DNA of 64,000 nucleotides from Chthoniobacteraceae bacterium. Lineage in GTDB: Bacteria > Verrucomicrobiota > Verrucomicrobiia > Chthoniobacterales > Chthoniobacteraceae. A model generated the notes under the pieces. It saw only the letters and a program-made list of their open reading frames with translations. It did not search any database and had not been told where the DNA came from. The DNA lies in the NCBI GenBank assembly GCA_031409335.1, contig JANNWY010000141.1, positions 15,635 through 79,634 of the forward strand. The letters are read 5' to 3'. Position numbers and translations under genes: made by a program. Below are positions 10,235-20,443 of the stretch, piece after piece (the first letter of the stretch is position 1; each line of letters starts with the position of its first letter).

Positions 10235-10557
10235 CTCCAGTCGGGTGTGCAAAGAATCTGACCGCTGAGAGTGCTTAGCTCACAGCGAGTAGTGGGAAAA
10301 CCGGCTTCGGGATGGAGTAAGATGGGCCAATTGCCAGCATGGCCCGGAGCCGGTGTTTCCGTGGGAGGGCTCAAGAGCCTCGGCCATGAAGGATCTTGCG
10401 CGGTGTGACAACGTGGCGACGGGCAGATGGATGTGATCGGGACCGGTGGCGGCTCGCGGACGTATTTCACGGAGCCTTCGTTTTGAACCAAAAACCGGCG
10501 CTGGGAGAAAACCGCGGTTTGCATTCCCGAATCTATTGTGGAGCGCGCTCTTTTCTC

Positions 10558-10930
10558 ATAGAAACAAGCGAACCCTTCCACTCATCGCCGCCAGCCTGCT
10601 CGCCTGCATAGCGAGCGCTCGCGCAAGGCGGCCCGAAATGGGGAATCAGGACGTTTACCAGCCTCAGCGACGTCAACTCCGGCAGCGGGTAGAACAATTC
10701 GAGCACGGTGATTCGCGAGGGCGAGAACGCGCCCTTCGCGTTCGGCGACGTGAACGATCTGCGCGGAATCGCGGAAGCCTCCGCGACGCTGCAAATCAAC
10801 ATCAATGAAGCGCCGATTCTTCGGTGCCGCTCGGAACCGGGCTACCTTGACCTTCTATTTTCGATTCTATTCGTCCAAGTCGTACGACGCGTTGATCGGC
10901 GTGCCTCGACCGACGGGCACGAGAGTCAGC
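10558..10930 (+). pseudogene. Probable decayed gene for a secreted protein
   Basis: Signal-peptide-like KRTLPLIAASLLACIASARA with no ATG, then a frame change to WGIRTFTSLSDVNSGSG*NNSSTVIREGENAPFAFGDVND with an in-frame TAG. Confidence 0.35.
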
Positions 10931-10973
10931 GGGATGGGCTGCCGGATTCGGAACAGAAATCCGGCGCGATTCT

Positions 10974-11987
10974 TTACGGCCACGTCGTGCCGGAATCGTC
11001 GAACGTGAACAGGATTTTTCCGGCGCGCTCACCGCGTTGCGCGTGCTCCAGCGCCTCCGCGCAGGCGTCGAGCGGATAGACTCGTTCCACGTTCGAGCGC
11101 AGCCGTCCGCACTGCGCCAGCGCGAAGAGTTCGCCGAACATCGCGGCGCGTTCATCCGCCGTCGCACGCTGGCTCCAAGGCGTGATCCAAAATCCGCGCC
11201 AGCGCAGGTCTTTGAAAATGAGCAGGCCGTTCGGGATGCGCAGCGGTTGCCGGCTCATCGCGCCGTACGTCACGATCGTGCCGCCCGGTGTCACCGCGTT
11301 GGCCAGCCGCAGCGCGCTCTCGCCACCCACCGCATTGAACGCGAGCGGGATCGGCGCGCCGCCTGCCGCGAGGGTGATCCGCGGCGGAGCTTCCTCGTCA
11401 TCGAGGAAGACGAAATCAGCGCCATCAGATTTCAATTCGTCGATCAATGCCGCCCGCCGCACGACGCTGATCGTGCGCAATCCGAGCGCATGTGCGATCT
11501 GGATCACCGCGCGACCCACCGCCGAATTCCCCGCGTTCTGCAAAACGAAATCGCCTTCATTCAACTGCACGAAATCCCGCAGCATCCGCATCGCCGTCGG
11601 CGGATTGATCCGCAGCATCGCCGCCTGGATCGGTTCGATGCCGCGCGGGACCAGCACGAGGCTGTCGGCATTTGCGATACCCATTTCCCGCCAGGTCCCC
11701 ATCGCCCGTGGCAGCAGCACCAAGTCCCCGCGGGAAAAGCGCTCCACTCCTTCACCCACTTCCTCCACGATCCCCGCGCCCTCCGAGCCCGGCGTCGCGG
11801 GCAGCACTGGCCGGACGGGGTATTTTCCCTCAATATAATTGAGGTCCGCTGGATTGATCGGCGCCGCGATCGTCCGGCACAAAACTTCGCCTGCCTGCGG
11901 GGGCGGAACTTCCACTTCCTCGACGCGCGCGACTTGCGCAGGTGCTCCGTGGGTATGAAAAACAATGGCCCTGACTTTGGTGATCAC
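10974..11987 (-). CDS. MDR-family 2-enoyl thioester reductase (MECR/Etr1-like NADPH oxidoreductase)
   Basis: APINPADLNYIEGKY, PGSEGAG, INPPTA, QNAGNSAVG and VTYGAMS motifs. GTG start at 11987; the upstream part of the track ORF is antisense to the CDF gene. Confidence 0.88.
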   Translation of the reverse strand: MITKVRAIVFHTHGAPAQVARVEEVEVPPPQAGEVLCRTIAAPINPADLNYIEGKYPVRPVLPATPGSEGAGIVEEVGEGVERFSRGDLVLLPRAMGTWREMGIANADSLVLVPRGIEPIQAAMLRINPPTAMRMLRDFVQLNEGDFVLQNAGNSAVGRAVIQIAHALGLRTISVVRRAALIDELKSDGADFVFLDDEEAPPRITLAAGGAPIPLAFNAVGGESALRLANAVTPGGTIVTYGAMSRQPLRIPNGLLIFKDLRWRGFWITPWSQRATADERAAMFGELFALAQCGRLRSNVERVYPLDACAEALEHAQRGERAGKILFTFDDSGTTWP

Positions 11988-12008
11988 AGCGACATACGTT
12001 GGAGTGAA

Positions 12009-12917
12009 GTGGGCGCGACGACAACTTCCAACACGACACGAAAGCTCGAAACCGGTGCGCGCCTCGCCCTCACCGGCATCGTCGTGAACTTCCTCCTCGC
12101 GGCCATCAAGATTGCCTCCGGCGTTCTCGGAAACTGCTACGCCCTGATCGCCGATGGCATCGAATCCACTCTCGACATCTTTGGCTCCATCATCATCTGG
12201 GCTGGCTTGAAAGTCGCCGCGCGACCACCCGACGACAGCCATCCGTACGGCCACGGCAAGGCGGAAGCGCTCGCCTCGGTCTTTGTCGCGCTCACCGTCA
12301 TCGGTGCCGCCATCGGTCTCAGCGTCCAGAGCATTCGCGAAATCCTGACGCCGCACCACGCGCCCGCGCCCTTCACGCTCGTCGTCCTGATCGTGGTCGT
12401 TTTTGTAAAGGAAACGCTGTTTCGAAAAGTGATCCGCGCCAGCGACCAGATCGGCAGCTCCGCGGTGAAAACGGACGCGTGGCATCACCGGTCCGACGCG
12501 ATCACTTCCGTCGCCGCATTCATCGGCATCTCGATCGCGCTCATCGGCGGGCCGGGTTGGGAGCCCGCCGACGATTGGGCCGCGCTTTTTGCCTGCGGCC
12601 TCATCGGCTTCAATGGCTACCGGCTGCTGCTTCCGGGCCTGCACGAAACGCTCGATGCCGCGCCGCCCGTGCGGATTTTGGAAAATGTCCGCGCCGTCGC
12701 AGTCACCGTTCCCGGCGTGATCGAGATCGAGCAATGCCGCGTCCGCAAGATGGGACTCGATCTTTATGTCGATATCCATGTCGGCGTGGACGCTGAGATC
12801 AGCGTCCGCGAAGGCCACCGCATCGCGCACGCAGTGAAGGATGCGATCCGCGGAGCGATCCCGGAAGTCGCCGATGTGCTCGTCCACATCGAGCCCGCGG
12901 CGGTTCGTGAAAGCTAG
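12009..12917 (+). CDS. Cation diffusion facilitator (CDF/FieF-like) transporter
   Basis: ALIADGIESTLD, HPYGHGKAE, AWHHRSD motifs and a C-terminal dimerisation domain (VDIHV..EGH.IA..V..HIEP). GTG start. Confidence 0.92.
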   Translation: MGATTTSNTTRKLETGARLALTGIVVNFLLAAIKIASGVLGNCYALIADGIESTLDIFGSIIIWAGLKVAARPPDDSHPYGHGKAEALASVFVALTVIGAAIGLSVQSIREILTPHHAPAPFTLVVLIVVVFVKETLFRKVIRASDQIGSSAVKTDAWHHRSDAITSVAAFIGISIALIGGPGWEPADDWAALFACGLIGFNGYRLLLPGLHETLDAAPPVRILENVRAVAVTVPGVIEIEQCRVRKMGLDLYVDIHVGVDAEISVREGHRIAHAVKDAIRGAIPEVADVLVHIEPAAVRES

Positions 12918-12967
12918 CAATCACAACCCGCCCGTGGACTCCCGGAAATTCGAATCGCACGGCGGAG

Positions 12968-13083
12968 GCAAGCGAGACGCTTGCGATACGGCACGCTGGA
13001 AGCGTGCGCTACGGTGTGCGGCGACTCGCGCAGCGACGTAGCGCGGGCGTCCGCGCCTGCCGTATCGCGAGCGTCCCGCTTGC
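12968..13083. repeat. GTAG-type REP-like inverted doublet between convergent genes
   Basis: 12968-13012 is the reverse complement of gtagcgcacgcttccagcgtgccgtatcgcaagcgtctcgcttgc. 13038-13083 reads gtagcgcgggcgtccgcgcctgccgtatcgcgagcgtcccgcttgc. Confidence 0.7.
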
Positions 13084-13118
13084 TTTCCTGGCGGTGGTCT
13101 CCGGGAGTTCCCTGAAGT

Positions 13119-16100
13119 TCACAGCACCCGCAGACGCAGCAATTGCTTGATTCCGCCGCTCATCGCAGTCGGCGCGCGCCAGGTTTCCGTCACGGTGCAG
13201 TCGGCGTTCGTGATGGAATTCACCAGCACGCAGGTCGCGGTCCAGCTTGCGAGATCGGTCGAATACTGCGGCTGATACAGCAGGTCGCTCGTGTCGGCGC
13301 GTTTGGTGAAAGTGATCGTCAGATATTCGGCGGGCACGCCGAGGACGGAGATCGTCTGCCGCGCGGTCGCGGGGAGAATTCCCGCATTTGGCTGATTCGG
13401 ATTTCCGAAAAGCGCGTACTCCACGCCATCCTTCACGCCATCGCTATCCGAGTCCGCCAGCGGATCCGTGATGCCCGCGAACCCGGCGGCCCACAGGGCG
13501 AACGAGTTCAAATCATCCGCGCCCGGCGTCCCGGTCGGCGCGTAGCTCGCGCGCCAGTTCGCAGCGGTGCCCGGCGGCAGAAGCGCACTCGGCTTTTGCA
13601 AAGTGAGCGTGCGTCCCGTGCCATCCGGCGCGGTCGGCCACGGCGCGACATCCATGTAAGTGAACGAAAGAATCTCCGTCCCCACGCCGTAGCTCAGCTT
13701 CACGAGTTCGCTGCCGTTGCTGAAATTATCCGTGGGAAAAGTGCCCGCGATGATTGCGTTGTGCGAAGTGCCCCAGCGCCTCTCGAACGCGGCCTGATTC
13801 TTCACCACGAGCGCAAAGCCGCCCGCCGGAATCGTGAAGCCCGCGGTGAAATCGAAGTCGATCCCTTTCGTGAAGCGCACGTCCGTGAGGTCGACGGTCT
13901 GCGCGCCGACATTTTTCAATTCGACCCACTCGAAGTCATCGCTGCTATATCCCGCCGCAAACTCCGCGGGCGTCACCGGCGCGGGGTTGTAATTCACTTC
14001 GCTCACCACGAGCGCGGATGTGTAGGCGCTGACATCCGGCACGCCCGCGATGAACTGCACAGGCGCGCTCCAGTGCGACCAGCGTCCGTTCGCATCCTTG
14101 TGCCGCACGCGCGCACGGTAGGTTTTACCCGGCTCGGCGCTGGCCAGCGGCACGCGCGTCGTCGCGGTGAAAGCGGGCAGTTCCGCCGAGGTCCACGCCT
14201 GCTGCACTTCGTATTTGCGCTTGTCGCCCGCGACGTAGCCGGGGATGCCGGGCGCGGAGATTTCGCCGATGCGCCACTGCATCGCGGTGAAAACCGTGCC
14301 GCCATTTCCAGCGGTCGCGGGTGAAAAGGCGGACGAGGTGAAATCGAGCGCATTCGCCGGAAAGCTGCCGGGACCGGCGTATGCGATCGCCGGTGTATTC
14401 GGGAATGCGAGGTCGGGCGTGGTCGGGTTCGCGTTGCAGTTGCCCCAGCCGCCGTAGAGCGATTCCCATTCGAGATGCTTGTAGCCGTAGCCAGCGGGAT
14501 TGCCGTTGCTGCGCAGCCAGGGGCCGCCCGGCCAGGTGTTCGTCATGAAGTTCTTGAGGTAGTTCATGCTGTCCTCGAACTGCGCGTACCCGCCGATGGC
14601 GTTCGGCAGCGTGCGCGTCCAGTTCGTGACTGGCGTGCCCGCGAGGCCGCCGCGCGCGTCGCTGAACGGGCTGCGAAAGAAATTGTTTTTGTGGCTCGTC
14701 TGCCCGCCCGCGCCGCCGCCACCCTGCGTCCGCGGGTGATTGCCCCACAGCGCCTCGTCCGCGTCGGCCCACGTCAGCGGCAGGCCGGTCGGGTTCACCA
14801 TCTGCGCGTACTCGTCGATAAGTTGCACGATCTGTCCGCCGCTCACCGAGTTGTCCGTCGCGAGCAGGTCGGACAATTCCCGCGCGCGATTGCGCAGCTC
14901 GATGGCGAGCGCCGTGTGCCGCGAAAGCAGCATCGACTGGCTCGACGCACCGGCCCACACCACGCCATCCGCCAGCGTGCCGCCCCAGTGATGCGCGGGC
15001 AGCGACATCATATCGAGATCGTATGGGATAATGAGCCAGCGGTTATCCGTCGGGCGGTGGTAATAGCGGTAGTTGTCGCCAGGCCGCACATCCACATTTC
15101 CGCAGAAGCGGTTCAGCGCAAAAAACGTGGTGAACGTGTCGAGATCCATGTTCGCCCGGTACCACGCCTCGGTCTGTCCAGCGGCGACAGACGCATTGGT
15201 AAAAGCGTTCCAGTCACTCGTGTCGAGCGGCTGCGTCGGGCCTTGATGCTTCTTGTCCCCGCCGCCGCCCTCGATCGCATACACGTTGCCATCGGGCAGC
15301 GCACGCTCATCGAGGAAGTTTCCCTCCGTCGGCTCGAGCGCCATGTAGAGCCCCCAGAAATCCGTGTCATACTGGCCCGTGCCCGCCTCGTTCGCCCCGC
15401 GCACCACGCGCAAATGCAGATACGTCGTCCGCAGCGAAGCCATGCCCGCCAGTTCGTAAAGCCGGTAGCCGAGCGCCTCTTCGACGCCCGCCATTCCGCG
15501 ATGCACGGCGGCCCACGGCGACGCGCACGCATCCACCGGGATCGAGTTCCAGTCCGCATTAAAATACTTCCCCCAATCGTCGCGGATGCGCACATCGCGC
15601 GCGCGGTTGAAGAACAGCGCGAACTTGTTTTTCCCGCTCACATACGTCGAGCCGATGCCACGATTGTGATACTGGATGTGGTCGTACACTTTCCCCTCGT
15701 ACACAAACGTGCCGAAAAATCGGACGCCGTTGGAGCCCGCGGTGTAGAGCATGTTGTCGTGGTCCGCCGCGTTCGTGATGATCTGCCACGTCTGCATCGT
15801 GTTCAGCAGCGCGGGCGTGAAAGCGTTCACCGTCCCGCGCGGAGCCGCGCCGCCGGGCAGCACCGCGCCGCTCCATGCGGGCACGCCATTGTACACGAAG
15901 TAGGCGAAGTTCGGCTGATCGTCGTCCGCGTACGGCACGGTGATCGCCGTCGTGCCGTCGCTCGCGGAAATGCGGTAGCGCACGAGGCGGCGGTTCGTTT
16001 GCAGCGGGGCGGGCAGCGTTGCGGAAAAAATGCCGTCGGCGGCGAGCACGTCGCCATCCGCGCCCGCGTCGTTCATCGCCACATTGGTCCACGTCGTCGC

Positions 16101-17387
16101 ATACGCCGCATCGGTCTTGCGAATGTAGCTGCCGGGGTCCACGAGCTGATAGCCAAGCGTCGCACTCGCCACGCCCTGCGGATCGGTGATCCGCGCCGTG
16201 ATGAGCACCGGCACGCCCGCAGCCGGCTGCTCCGGCGCGTGCGTGACCTGCCGGATTTGCGGTGGCGCGGTCGCGGAGAAAATGGAGTTTTGCGCACCCG
16301 GCGAACCGCCACTCGCGCCGGGGATCACGAGTTCCGCATCGAGCAGCAAATCGCCCGACGTAATGGACGACTGGTGAAGCTGGATCGTGATCACATTTTC
16401 CCCCGCGACGAACTTCGACGCGGGAATGGTGAAGCTCGCGTAATTGGCCAGCCCCGCCGTCCCCGCCGTCGCATTCGGCGCGAGCGCCCCAGCGTAAGTG
16501 AACGGCGCGACCCACGTCGCGTTTTCCGCCGAGATGACCGTCGGCGTCGGATCGTCGTTCAGCCACATCACCGCGCCGTCGTCGCGGCGGATGTTGAAGA
16601 CGAGCGCCGAGATTTGCGCCGGGGTGAACTTTTTTCGGAAATAATACGCGCGCGTTTTGTCCGCCGCATTTCCGCCAAAGCCGACCGTCGTGCCAAAGAC
16701 CACGGGCGGAGTGAACGGTGTGGTCCCGATAAAACCCGCGGGCAGCGTGCAAGCCAGCCACTCCGTCGCCGCCGGGCTGCTGTCATCGAATCCGAGTTGT
16801 TTCCAAGTCGCGGGCGGCTCGCTGCGCGTCTCGCGATAGCGCCAGCCCGCCGCGCCGCGTGGGACGACCGGCGTATCCGCCGTCACCACCGACGAGCGCC
16901 AGGAGCCGCCGAGCGTGTTGTCGAGCGAGGGATGAATCAGCTCCATGCTCTGCCCGCCGCCGCGCGCCGCCGTGGGCCACGGAAACCCGACGCCGTAATT
17001 CAGCTCATCGACAATCGCCGCGCCCGCATCCTTGAGCTGAAGCCGCTCGCCGCTGTTGCTGAGCTTCCCGATCCACGGCCCGAGCGGGGAAAAACTGTAC
17101 CGCGTCAGAAACGCCGCCGGATCCTGCGCCACACAAAGAAAGCCGCCCGCCGGGATCGAAGTCGCCGCGGGAAAAACGTAGTCCACACCCTCCTCGATAT
17201 GCCATCCGCTGATGTCCACCGGATTCGCTCCGGCATTGTGAAGCTCGATAAACTCGGTCCGCTTGGTCACATCGGCGGGATCGTAAAAGATTTCGTTGAT
17301 GAGGACTTGAGCGCTGGAGTTGGCGGAGGAAATCACGAGCGCCAAAAGCGCGATGATCTGTATTTTGAGGGTGGGCACGGGGAACAT
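13119..17387 (-). CDS. Secreted lamin-tail-domain / CotH kinase family protein
   Basis: Signal peptide, lamin-tail motifs (VLINEIFY..EFIELHN; VVSEVNY..EWVELKN), CotH core (RG.GS..K, DNYRYY..W.IIPYDLD), DSDSDG calcium-type motif and C-terminal domain. Confidence 0.88.
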   Translation of the reverse strand: MFPVPTLKIQIIALLALVISSANSSAQVLINEIFYDPADVTKRTEFIELHNAGANPVDISGWHIEEGVDYVFPAATSIPAGGFLCVAQDPAAFLTRYSFSPLGPWIGKLSNSGERLQLKDAGAAIVDELNYGVGFPWPTAARGGGQSMELIHPSLDNTLGGSWRSSVVTADTPVVPRGAAGWRYRETRSEPPATWKQLGFDDSSPAATEWLACTLPAGFIGTTPFTPPVVFGTTVGFGGNAADKTRAYYFRKKFTPAQISALVFNIRRDDGAVMWLNDDPTPTVISAENATWVAPFTYAGALAPNATAGTAGLANYASFTIPASKFVAGENVITIQLHQSSITSGDLLLDAELVIPGASGGSPGAQNSIFSATAPPQIRQVTHAPEQPAAGVPVLITARITDPQGVASATLGYQLVDPGSYIRKTDAAYATTWTNVAMNDAGADGDVLAADGIFSATLPAPLQTNRRLVRYRISASDGTTAITVPYADDDQPNFAYFVYNGVPAWSGAVLPGGAAPRGTVNAFTPALLNTMQTWQIITNAADHDNMLYTAGSNGVRFFGTFVYEGKVYDHIQYHNRGIGSTYVSGKNKFALFFNRARDVRIRDDWGKYFNADWNSIPVDACASPWAAVHRGMAGVEEALGYRLYELAGMASLRTTYLHLRVVRGANEAGTGQYDTDFWGLYMALEPTEGNFLDERALPDGNVYAIEGGGGDKKHQGPTQPLDTSDWNAFTNASVAAGQTEAWYRANMDLDTFTTFFALNRFCGNVDVRPGDNYRYYHRPTDNRWLIIPYDLDMMSLPAHHWGGTLADGVVWAGASSQSMLLSRHTALAIELRNRARELSDLLATDNSVSGGQIVQLIDEYAQMVNPTGLPLTWADADEALWGNHPRTQGGGGAGGQTSHKNNFFRSPFSDARGGLAGTPVTNWTRTLPNAIGGYAQFEDSMNYLKNFMTNTWPGGPWLRSNGNPAGYGYKHLEWESLYGGWGNCNANPTTPDLAFPNTPAIAYAGPGSFPANALDFTSSAFSPATAGNGGTVFTAMQWRIGEISAPGIPGYVAGDKRKYEVQQAWTSAELPAFTATTRVPLASAEPGKTYRARVRHKDANGRWSHWSAPVQFIAGVPDVSAYTSALVVSEVNYNPAPVTPAEFAAGYSSDDFEWVELKNVGAQTVDLTDVRFTKGIDFDFTAGFTIPAGGFALVVKNQAAFERRWGTSHNAIIAGTFPTDNFSNGSELVKLSYGVGTEILSFTYMDVAPWPTAPDGTGRTLTLQKPSALLPPGTAANWRASYAPTGTPGADDLNSFALWAAGFAGITDPLADSDSDGVKDGVEYALFGNPNQPNAGILPATARQTISVLGVPAEYLTITFTKRADTSDLLYQPQYSTDLASWTATCVLVNSITNADCTVTETWRAPTAMSGGIKQLLRLRVL

Positions 17388-17639
17388 TGGTAACGGCAAA
17401 CTTACGCGCAAACTTCCTCCGCGCAACGGCACGTGGCGTCCAGCGAGAGCCTGTCTTGTTCAATACGGCCGCCAGCGCGTGACTCGGGTTTCACAAAATG
17501 AGCCATGATCGAACGGGCAAAAGTGTTTCCAAAAGCGAAGGGAACCGCGATACGGTGGCGAATTCAAAATGCCTGGCGGGTGAGCCGCTGGCTGCAAAAT
17601 GCCTCGCTTCACCGCACCCATCAGCCCCTCCGCGTCCGC

Positions 17640-18491
17640 ATGATTCCAGACCTCATTTACGATGTGGGGATGAACAATGGCGATGACACCGCTTACTATC
17701 TCTCGCGCGGCTATCGAGTCATCGCCATCGAGGCCAATCCGATCCTAGCGGATGCAGGCGCGAAGCGCTTTGCGGCGGATGTTTCCGCAGGGCGGTTGAG
17801 GATTTTGAATGTAGGCGTGTCCGACAGGGAAGGGGAGTTTCCCTTTTGGATCTGCGAGACGAAGTCGGAGTGGAGTTCATTTCACCGCGAGATCGCTTCG
17901 CGCGACGACGCTCCACACCACGCGCTCACCATCCCATGCTTGCGTTTCGGAGCCATCCTGGCGGAACACGGCATCCCGTTTTACCTGAAGATCGACATTG
18001 AGGGAAACGACATGCTTTGCCTCAGCGAGCTAACTGGTAGCGAACTTCCGAAATATGTTTCGCTGGAGGCGGCGAATGCCGATCCGATCGCGCATCTTGC
18101 CGGCCTCGGATACACGGCGTTCAAATGCATCAGTCAGCGAAATTTTCTACCCCTCGAAATACCGGCAACCGCCGGGCAAATTCGTTTCGAGAAAACGCTG
18201 GAGCGCCTTTACAGCCAGAATGTTTGGCTGCGCTGCTGGCGCCTGCTCGGTGGCAGGCGGCGCTGGATCTCGCGGCTGGATGAATCCCGGACGCGCGGCG
18301 AGTGGAAATTTTCCTTCGGCAGCTCCGGGCCGTTCGGAGACGATCTCCCCGGTCGATGGCAGAGTGCGGATGAAATGAGCGCGACTTATGCGGCTTTTCA
18401 GGAACGCATCCATCGCGGCGAGCACAGTATTTTTTGGGACGACAAGGAGTATTCCTTCTGGGTGGACCTGCACGCACGTCGCGAGGACTAG
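17640..18491 (+). CDS. FkbM family methyltransferase
   Basis: YDVGMNNGDD, IAIEANP and LKIDIEGND motifs. Confidence 0.88.
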   Translation: MIPDLIYDVGMNNGDDTAYYLSRGYRVIAIEANPILADAGAKRFAADVSAGRLRILNVGVSDREGEFPFWICETKSEWSSFHREIASRDDAPHHALTIPCLRFGAILAEHGIPFYLKIDIEGNDMLCLSELTGSELPKYVSLEAANADPIAHLAGLGYTAFKCISQRNFLPLEIPATAGQIRFEKTLERLYSQNVWLRCWRLLGGRRRWISRLDESRTRGEWKFSFGSSGPFGDDLPGRWQSADEMSATYAAFQERIHRGEHSIFWDDKEYSFWVDLHARRED

Positions 18492-18626
18492 CCGCGCGGG
18501 GTTCGCTTCACGCCTCGTGCCAAGCCAGCCATGGACGAGCTGCCTGAGAGCGGGCTGCCCGGCGGGGGAATTGTAAATTGACGCTAACACTTTTCCCCGG
18601 TTCACTCCGCGGTCTTTGCCCCGCCG

Positions 18627-20303
18627 ATGACAGATATCGCCTCCCGCCCGCACCTTAAAACTCCCGTCTGGCTCCGTATCGGCGGGCGGATATTGGCACC
18701 GTTACTGGTCGCCGTGATCCTGGTCTTCGCTTTCCATCGCGAAAATGAAAGACGTCCCCTCGACTTCTGGAGCATGAATGAAGACTACTCCAATGTCTGT
18801 CTGGCGCATGGGTTGAATCTTGATTTTTGGCTATCCTCTCCCGATCCCGCGGAAGGACGGAAACTTACCGAACTCAATACCTTTCACCCAGGCTTTCCAC
18901 TACAGGCAACCTCATGGGTCGCCTACCGCCTGTCCTGCATGGGAAAGGATTCCGATGCGCGAACCCGCTGCGCGGACACCTTTGCCGATCCATCGGCCTT
19001 TTGGCTGACGATCCGCCTGATGGCGATAGCAACTGGCATCATCTGCTCCGCATGGTGCGCACGCGCGGCTTCCAACCATGGCTTCTGCTACGCGATGGCG
19101 GTGGGCCTGTTTTACTTTTGCTACGACCCGGCTTGGGATTACTCGATCCGGCTGCTGGGCAATGAATCCTTTGCACTCCCACTAGCCATTGCCGTGGCAT
19201 GGGTGGCGGGCAGGAGTCTGACTGCCGTGGAAAACCATTCCGCTCTCAGGTGGTGGACGGGCTGGGGGGCGATGTGCGCCGTGTGCTGGCTGAACAAGTT
19301 GAATTACATCGCGTGGACTGCGGCTGCGTTACCCGCGTGGGTGCTCTACTTAGCGCTACGCCGTCCATCGGTATTACAAATGGGTCAACGCATCCTTGGA
19401 TTCTCCTTTGGCTTCATCGTTGCGGCGTTTGGCTTCGCAAGTCTCCTCTTGGGGAAGGGTGGCCTGAGTCAGATTGTTCGTTCGCACTTTGGGGTATTGA
19501 CCCACTCCGGCAGCTACGGTGAGGGAGCCGCGCGGGTGGTGTCGGCCGATGCGCTCCAGACTGCGCTTCGTTCGTTGATGGAGTTCCGGTATTTTCTAGG
19601 TCTTGCGGGTGCGGTGTGTCTGATTTCCATCTGGATTGTGCTGTCATTGGTGAGGAGCGGGAAAGGCGCAAAGAGCAATGCCACTCTCATTGTCTATTTA
19701 CTTGGTGCCGCCGGTCTATTCCTCGCCGCGACCCTGAAACACTACGGGCCGCATTACCTGGTTGCGGGTGTTCCCGCGGTAACATTGCTGATGCTTGGCA
19801 TCGGCGGGCACATGAGTTCCAAGTTGCGCTGGCTGCTGAGTGCTGCCGTTGTCTTGGTTGCAGTGCATAGCTATCGCCGTTACTCAGTGATCTCCGATGT
19901 CCGCTATCGCCAAACGGAGGAGATGAAGGCAAGCCTGCAAACCATCAGCGACCTAACCTCAAATCCAGGCAACAGCGTTTTGTGGGCTTATCGTCTTCCA
20001 GAACGTCGGTTTGGATTGGAATACACGCAGCTCCTGACGGAGATTCCGGAGATTGGCGATGTGATTGACGATCAATTCCCGGCTCAGGGTTTGGGATATT
20101 ACTCATGGAAACCGACCATCCGTGTCGGGCGCGAAATGCTGTCTCTTGAAAAGGCTCCATGGAGACATGCTGTCTTCGATGCGAAACTCTACCGGCATTT
20201 TGTCGTCGTGCCGAACGCTGCTGCGCGGGGGTTCTTTGAAGGGAGTTGCAAGCGGATCATTGATCAGCCGAACCTCATTGTGTTCGAGCGGATTGCGGAG
20301 TGA
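18627..20303 (+). CDS. Polytopic membrane protein, probable GT-C fold glycosyltransferase
   Basis: About 11-12 hydrophobic helices, a DE-like pair after TM1 (NEDY), FHPG loop, KLNY and YGPHYL motifs as in ArnT/PMT-like proteins. Lower GC than the flanks. Confidence 0.6.
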   Translation: MTDIASRPHLKTPVWLRIGGRILAPLLVAVILVFAFHRENERRPLDFWSMNEDYSNVCLAHGLNLDFWLSSPDPAEGRKLTELNTFHPGFPLQATSWVAYRLSCMGKDSDARTRCADTFADPSAFWLTIRLMAIATGIICSAWCARAASNHGFCYAMAVGLFYFCYDPAWDYSIRLLGNESFALPLAIAVAWVAGRSLTAVENHSALRWWTGWGAMCAVCWLNKLNYIAWTAAALPAWVLYLALRRPSVLQMGQRILGFSFGFIVAAFGFASLLLGKGGLSQIVRSHFGVLTHSGSYGEGAARVVSADALQTALRSLMEFRYFLGLAGAVCLISIWIVLSLVRSGKGAKSNATLIVYLLGAAGLFLAATLKHYGPHYLVAGVPAVTLLMLGIGGHMSSKLRWLLSAAVVLVAVHSYRRYSVISDVRYRQTEEMKASLQTISDLTSNPGNSVLWAYRLPERRFGLEYTQLLTEIPEIGDVIDDQFPAQGLGYYSWKPTIRVGREMLSLEKAPWRHAVFDAKLYRHFVVVPNAAARGFFEGSCKRIIDQPNLIVFERIAE

Positions 20304-20443
20304 ACGCCGGTCTGCGTTGAGCCAAGACATCGTGCTTTACGAAATCGCGGCTTCCTGAAAACATACACACGCTTTGGTTGAGGCTTTCTGGTGCAGAAAA
20401 GTGCCGGAGAACACGACGACATGGCCCTGCAGGAGATACTTTC

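Noticed and set aside
10974..12920. Two overlapping 626/648-aa ORFs as fusion proteins
   Set aside because: Each is a real gene plus the antisense read-through of its divergent neighbour.
14475..17393. 972-aa plus-strand ORF and other long antisense ORFs (e.g. 26056-28086, 49489-50907)
   Set aside because: Arg/Ala-rich shadows of high-GC genes with no motifs.
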